DNA of 64,000 nucleotides from a virus (Duplodnaviria; Heunggongvirae; Uroviricota; Caudoviricetes): IMG/VR virus record IMGVR_UViG_3300043399_000371, positions 100,285 to 164,284 of that record; one strand, 5' to 3'. Shown piece by piece: positions 62,390 to 64,000 of this stretch (position 1 is its first letter; each line of letters starts with the position of its first letter). The notes under the pieces were generated by a model. It saw only the letters and a program-made list of their open reading frames with translations, ran no database searches and was not told where the DNA came from. The position numbers and the translations under genes were made by a program.

Positions 62390-62564
62390 TTCGTTCTTTC
62401 CACATTTTAATACATTTATCGATCTCTGCAATTTGTTCCAGTCGAATATCGTCAATAATATTAAATCCAATAAATTCACAATTCATATTTCGCTGAGTCA
62501 TTTTCCAGAGTTCATTTCGATGTTTTGTTAGAACATCAGTCACTACGCAATAATCATCATTCAT
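62376..62564 (-). CDS. hypothetical protein
   Basis: 62-aa ORF. Confidence 0.4.
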   Translation of the reverse strand: MNDDYCVVTDVLTKHRNELWKMTQRNMNCEFIGFNIIDDIRLEQIAEIDKCIKMWKERNESA

Positions 62565-62746
62565 CTTGGAATTACCTCCTCAGAGACAGGAATCCAATAA
62601 CCATCAACATTATATTCAAGTACAGGCTCAGACATATTTACAAGGATTTTTCTGGCTTCGTCAAGAGAAATACAATTTGCTTCGGCATATGATTTAACCT
62701 CCGTTGCAAGAACTTTATTATAGTAAGTTGCCCATCGTAGCTTCAT
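62561..62746 (-). CDS. hypothetical protein (start at MKLRW, RBS GGAG)
   Basis: ATGA coupling with the upstream small ORF. Confidence 0.4.
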   Translation of the reverse strand: MKLRWATYYNKVLATEVKSYAEANCISLDEARKILVNMSEPVLEYNVDGYWIPVSEEVIPR

Positions 62747-62904
62747 GGTCGATACTCCAGTTTGATACATTTCCAACCTTTACGTTTTGCCCACCACATT
62801 TCATAGATTGCTTTCATTATACTCTCACCAGCATAAATTTGCAACCATTCTTTTGATCCGTGTGCAGGATAGTTCCAAACATTTACCTCATATGTCCAAC
62901 CCAT
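62743..62904 (-). CDS. small Trp-rich protein (53 aa), not in ORF track
   Basis: MGWTYEVNVWNYPAHGSKEWLQIYAGES... Confidence 0.3.
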   Translation of the reverse strand: MGWTYEVNVWNYPAHGSKEWLQIYAGESIMKAIYEMWWAKRKGWKCIKLEYRP

Positions 62905-63176
62905 TATACTACCCCAAAACGTTCTTCTAACATATCAGCAAAATCATAACCGTCAAATTTACTACGTTCTTTCAATTCTCTTGTTTGAAATGCTCGATCC
63001 GCTTCTCGTTCTGCTTCACGCAGTTCTTTAGCGCATTCACGAACAATCAATTCGGCAAATTTATCAGCAAATTCTTTACTGACAGCGTTTGCATAACCTT
63101 CAGGTCGATACACACCATCATGAGTCATACTATCCTTGAGTGCAGTTTCCGCAAGTTCTTTAATTCGTTCGTTCAT
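62904..63176 (-). CDS. MNERIKEL-family paralog A
   Basis: N-terminus MNERIKELAE, internal FAELIVREC, C-terminus FGVV. Confidence 0.5.
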   Translation of the reverse strand: MNERIKELAETALKDSMTHDGVYRPEGYANAVSKEFADKFAELIVRECAKELREAEREADRAFQTRELKERSKFDGYDFADMLEERFGVV

Positions 63177-63463
63177 TTAATACAGGCCCATTTAACTTGT
63201 GTATATTGTTTGATGTTGATTAGTTTGCGCTCGTTAACATCCCGAAATTCTTTGTAATCATAAGTACAAATATGATACCAAGTATAAACATCTTTATCAG
63301 AGTCAATCGTTGTACACTCAAGAACATACAGACGTTGTGTTCTTGAATCATCGTCAGGAAGCCACCTAGAAGCATCACTCCAAAATAGATCCTTATACTG
63401 AGATGGCAACTCTTGTTTAGATGGAAGTCCGTCGATAATGCCAGTTCGATATAGTGTCATCAT
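63173..63463 (-). CDS. hypothetical protein
   Basis: 96-aa ORF. Confidence 0.45.
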   Translation of the reverse strand: MMTLYRTGIIDGLPSKQELPSQYKDLFWSDASRWLPDDDSRTQRLYVLECTTIDSDKDVYTWYHICTYDYKEFRDVNERKLINIKQYTQVKWACIK

Positions 63464-63714
63464 TCAACTCCGAAAACTTTTTCCATCCCAAGACAAATCT
63501 CACGGGCTTGATTGCGAGTCAAATACTTTTCAGGATAATTATACACAAAGGCAGAACATTCCAAAACAATCAACTCGGCAAACTTTTCAAAATCCTCTTT
63601 TTTAAAGATGACAAGATTTTGCCATTCTTCGTCGCCGCCTTCTGCACTCGGATATCCAGTAGGATACCAAGCGTTGGTATGTTCTGCGAGTTCTTTAATT
63701 CGTTCATTCATCAA
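63460..63714 (-). CDS. MNERIKEL-family paralog B
   Basis: MMNERIKELAE...FAELIVLEC...FGVE. Confidence 0.5.
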   Translation of the reverse strand: MMNERIKELAEHTNAWYPTGYPSAEGGDEEWQNLVIFKKEDFEKFAELIVLECSAFVYNYPEKYLTRNQAREICLGMEKVFGVE

Positions 63715-63964
63715 TATCTACTCCAAAGTTTTTGATGATGCACAATGCATCTACAATTCCGCCATTGCATCCTTTCAGATATTCTCTGGATACCCTGTCA
63801 GGCTCAATGTTGATTAAACTATCGTCGGTTAATTCTTGTTTTACATCATCGTAAATAGCCTGTTTAATTAATTCTAGGAATTTTTCTGGATCGAATGCTT
63901 TACCGAAATAACCATCTGTGTGACTCTGCCGATAAAGTTCTTTAATTCGTTCATTCATGTGCAT
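63704..63964 (-). CDS. MNERIKEL-family paralog C
   Basis: MHMNERIKELY...NFGVD. Confidence 0.5.
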   Translation of the reverse strand: MHMNERIKELYRQSHTDGYFGKAFDPEKFLELIKQAIYDDVKQELTDDSLINIEPDRVSREYLKGCNGGIVDALCIIKNFGVDIDE

Positions 63965-64000
63965 ACCTCACGAGGTTACTGGCAAATTCGTTTCCACGTT

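Noticed and set aside
1-64000. CRISPR arrays, integrase/att sites or transposase-type mobile elements
   Set aside because: No regularly spaced direct repeats with unique spacers, no tyrosine/serine recombinase motifs and no IS-like terminal inverted repeats were seen. The only mobile-type genes are homing endonucleases (GIY-YIG, HNH, HNH-AP2, PD-(D/E)XK).

Overview
This window looks like a T4-like (Tevenvirinae-type) myovirus genome. I call it that from clear homologs of T4 gp32, gp59, dsbA, RNase H, DNA ligase and Rnl1, plus GIY-YIG and HNH homing endonucleases and a large tRNA cluster. From start to end the layout is:

- **1-5.7 kb, + strand (virion module):** includes a 987-aa glycine-zipper, tape-measure/hub-like protein.
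- **5.7-16.4 kb, - strand (early replication and auxiliary genes):** gp32, gp59, dsbA, PhoH, ClpP-like protease, GT2 glycosyltransferase, rnh.
- **16.5-30.3 kb (tRNA region):** about 27 minus-strand tRNAs covering all 20 amino acids. Interleaved with them are a TilS tRNA(Ile)-lysidine synthetase, a Ro60/TROVE-vWA protein, nucleases, homing endonucleases, and proteins carrying T4-type capsid-targeting N-termini.
- **30.5-36.7 kb:** an SPFH/NfeD-like pair, a DraRnl-type RNA ligase, and a capsid-targeted ADP-ribosyltransferase-like protein.
- **36.7-38.3 kb (noncoding):** a repeat-dense region.
- **38.3-48.5 kb (GC-richer island):** many small minus-strand early genes. Each sits behind a sigma70-like TTGACA-N17-TAGAAT promoter, and several share duplicated leaders.
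- **48.5-64 kb (accessory genes):** cytidine-deaminase-like protein, AAA ATPase, pilin-like protein, DUF2493, DNA ligase, rubrerythrin with a split rubredoxin, Lar-like protein, Rap1a-like protein, a metallophosphoesterase next to Rnl1, and a small paralog family.

All calls rest on reading motifs and remembered family signatures by eye. No searches were run. Coordinates of tRNAs and small ORFs may be off by a few nucleotides.
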